Assembly: GCF_963921235.1 (NCBI RefSeq) | Contig: NC_086109.1 | Coordinates: 15,378,001 to 15,442,000, forward strand | Reading direction: 5' to 3' | DNA: 64,000 nt | From: Mobula hypostoma | Lineage: Eukaryota | Shown: piece by piece, positions 62,925 to 64,000 of the stretch | How the letters are laid out: each line of letters begins with the position of its first letter | Position numbering within the stretch: the stretch's first letter is position 1 | Notes under the pieces: generated by a model | Database searches by the model: none | What the model saw: the letters and a program-made list of their open reading frames with translations, nothing else | Told to the model about the DNA's origin: nothing | Made by a program: the position numbers and the translations under genes

Positions 62925-62925
<1 letters not shown>
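62790..62925. mobile_element. Penelope-type terminal repeat with collapsed inverted junction
   Basis: GCTGGAAATCC...GGAGGAAC...GTCAGGCAGCATCTATGG...CATTTGAGGC | TGAAGGGTCTTGGCCTCCAGCA. Confidence 0.65.
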
Positions 62926-62955
<30 letters not shown>

Positions 62956-63079
62956 GTGTGTGTGTGTGTGTGACTCTTAAATTCAGTGCCTTGACTAATA
63001 CAGGCAAGCAAATCATTTTAATCACCCTATTTTTTTGCACAGCTATTTAAAGCAGAGGTTGATAGGTTGATATGTTCTT

Positions 63080-63510
63080 CTTCTCCGTGGATTGTCACCT
63101 TGTCGTGGTGGAGAAGCTTGTGTGGTCCTGTGATCCCGAGAGCAATGCCATCTGGAGCTATGCTCCTGGTAGGGTCACCCATGGCGGTAAGGTTGAGGGT
63201 GAGGTCCCGGACAAACAACGATCTAACCAAGACCTCAGTGGTGGAACAGGCAGATGAAGTTACTTCGAACTCAACGGCTCTGAAGGCGGATGAAGGCTGC
63301 AACAAATCCAATCATCGTGGTTTCCATGCCATTGGAATCAGTTGGTTGATATGTGAAGTATCGTGTGCTTCTTGGAGTGCAACATCAAGTACACGTTAAA
63401 CAAATACACACACAGGCGTCTTCACTCTGTGGGCCACTTCTTCAGAACAAAGGTCATCATCCTCGACCTCGAGGGATAGCCATGACGACGACAATGACGA
63501 CGACGATGAC
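63080..63510 (+). mobile_element. RTE-derived bipartite non-autonomous retroposon (431 bp) with 11-bp TSD, inserted in a CR1 3' fragment
   Basis: GATATGTTCTT at 63069-63079 and 63511-63521; RTE-like 5' motif CACCTTGTCGTGGTGG; 3' hairpin and (GAC/GAT)n tail. Confidence 0.85.
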
Positions 63511-63639
63511 GATATGTTCTTGATTAGGAAGGGCATCAAAGGTTATGGGAAGAAGGCAGGAGAATGGAATTGAAAAAGGTAATATATCAGCCATGATGGA
63601 ATGCACAGAACTGGCTCAAAAACAGAAAACAATGAGTTA

Positions 63640-64000
63640 TGGTGCGAGGATAATTTTCACACCTAGAAGATGTTAAAAGTGGGGTTCCGCAAAGACTGGT
63701 TTTGGGGCCACTGCTATTTTTAATTTACATTATTGATTTGGATAAGCACATAACAAATAAACTAGTAAAGTTTGCTGATATCAGAAATTCAGGGGGATAG
63801 GCTGATAACATTCAGGCAACAGAATCAATACAGTTAGATCTAAAAAAAAGTCCAGATGTGGGCAGATAAATGGCAGGTGAAATTTAATGTAAGTAAATGT
63901 AAAATATTACATATAGGAAGTAGAAATATTTGACAGAAATATATAATGGCGGGGGGGGGGGGTCTTGAGTTAGAAAGTGCACTGTATAAGGAGGATTTGG
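63640..64000 (+). mobile_element. CR1-type LINE RT fragment running off the window end
   Basis: VKSGVPQRLVLGPLLFLIYIIDL...LVKFAD...WADKWQVKFNVSKCKILHIG. Confidence 0.8.

Overview
Repeat-rich vertebrate genomic DNA, not prokaryotic. The repeat complement (CR1 and Rex1/Babar LINEs, V-domain SINEs, Penelope-type repeats) suggests a cartilaginous fish, possibly a ray; this is inference. The only host gene I can support is one uninterrupted minus-strand coding exon for a leucine-rich-repeat neuronal protein, best matching LRRN2 (CDS 24834-22696, 712 aa). It has a clear splice acceptor and branch point at about 25144-25173 and a 309-nt leader with seven upstream AUGs; I could not identify its first exon or promoter. 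The rest is mostly decayed, often nested transposable elements (CR1, Rex1/Babar, RTE, L1-clade, R4/Rex6, Penelope-like, Gypsy, solo LTRs, Tc1, hAT, MITEs, tRNA- and 5S-derived SINEs) plus three large minisatellites and a long (TG)n tract. Most short ORFs in the track are TE fragments or repeat artefacts. The most interesting hidden signals are RNA-structural: (i) a family of minimal hammerhead ribozyme motifs in Penelope-type repeats, one with an intact core at 57786-57823, and several arranged head-to-head; (ii) a hand-folded HDV-like double pseudoknot that starts exactly at the 5' boundary of a TSD-flanked RTE-derived retroposon (63080-63225). TE boundaries are approximate unless a TSD or TIR is quoted. 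No database searches were run.
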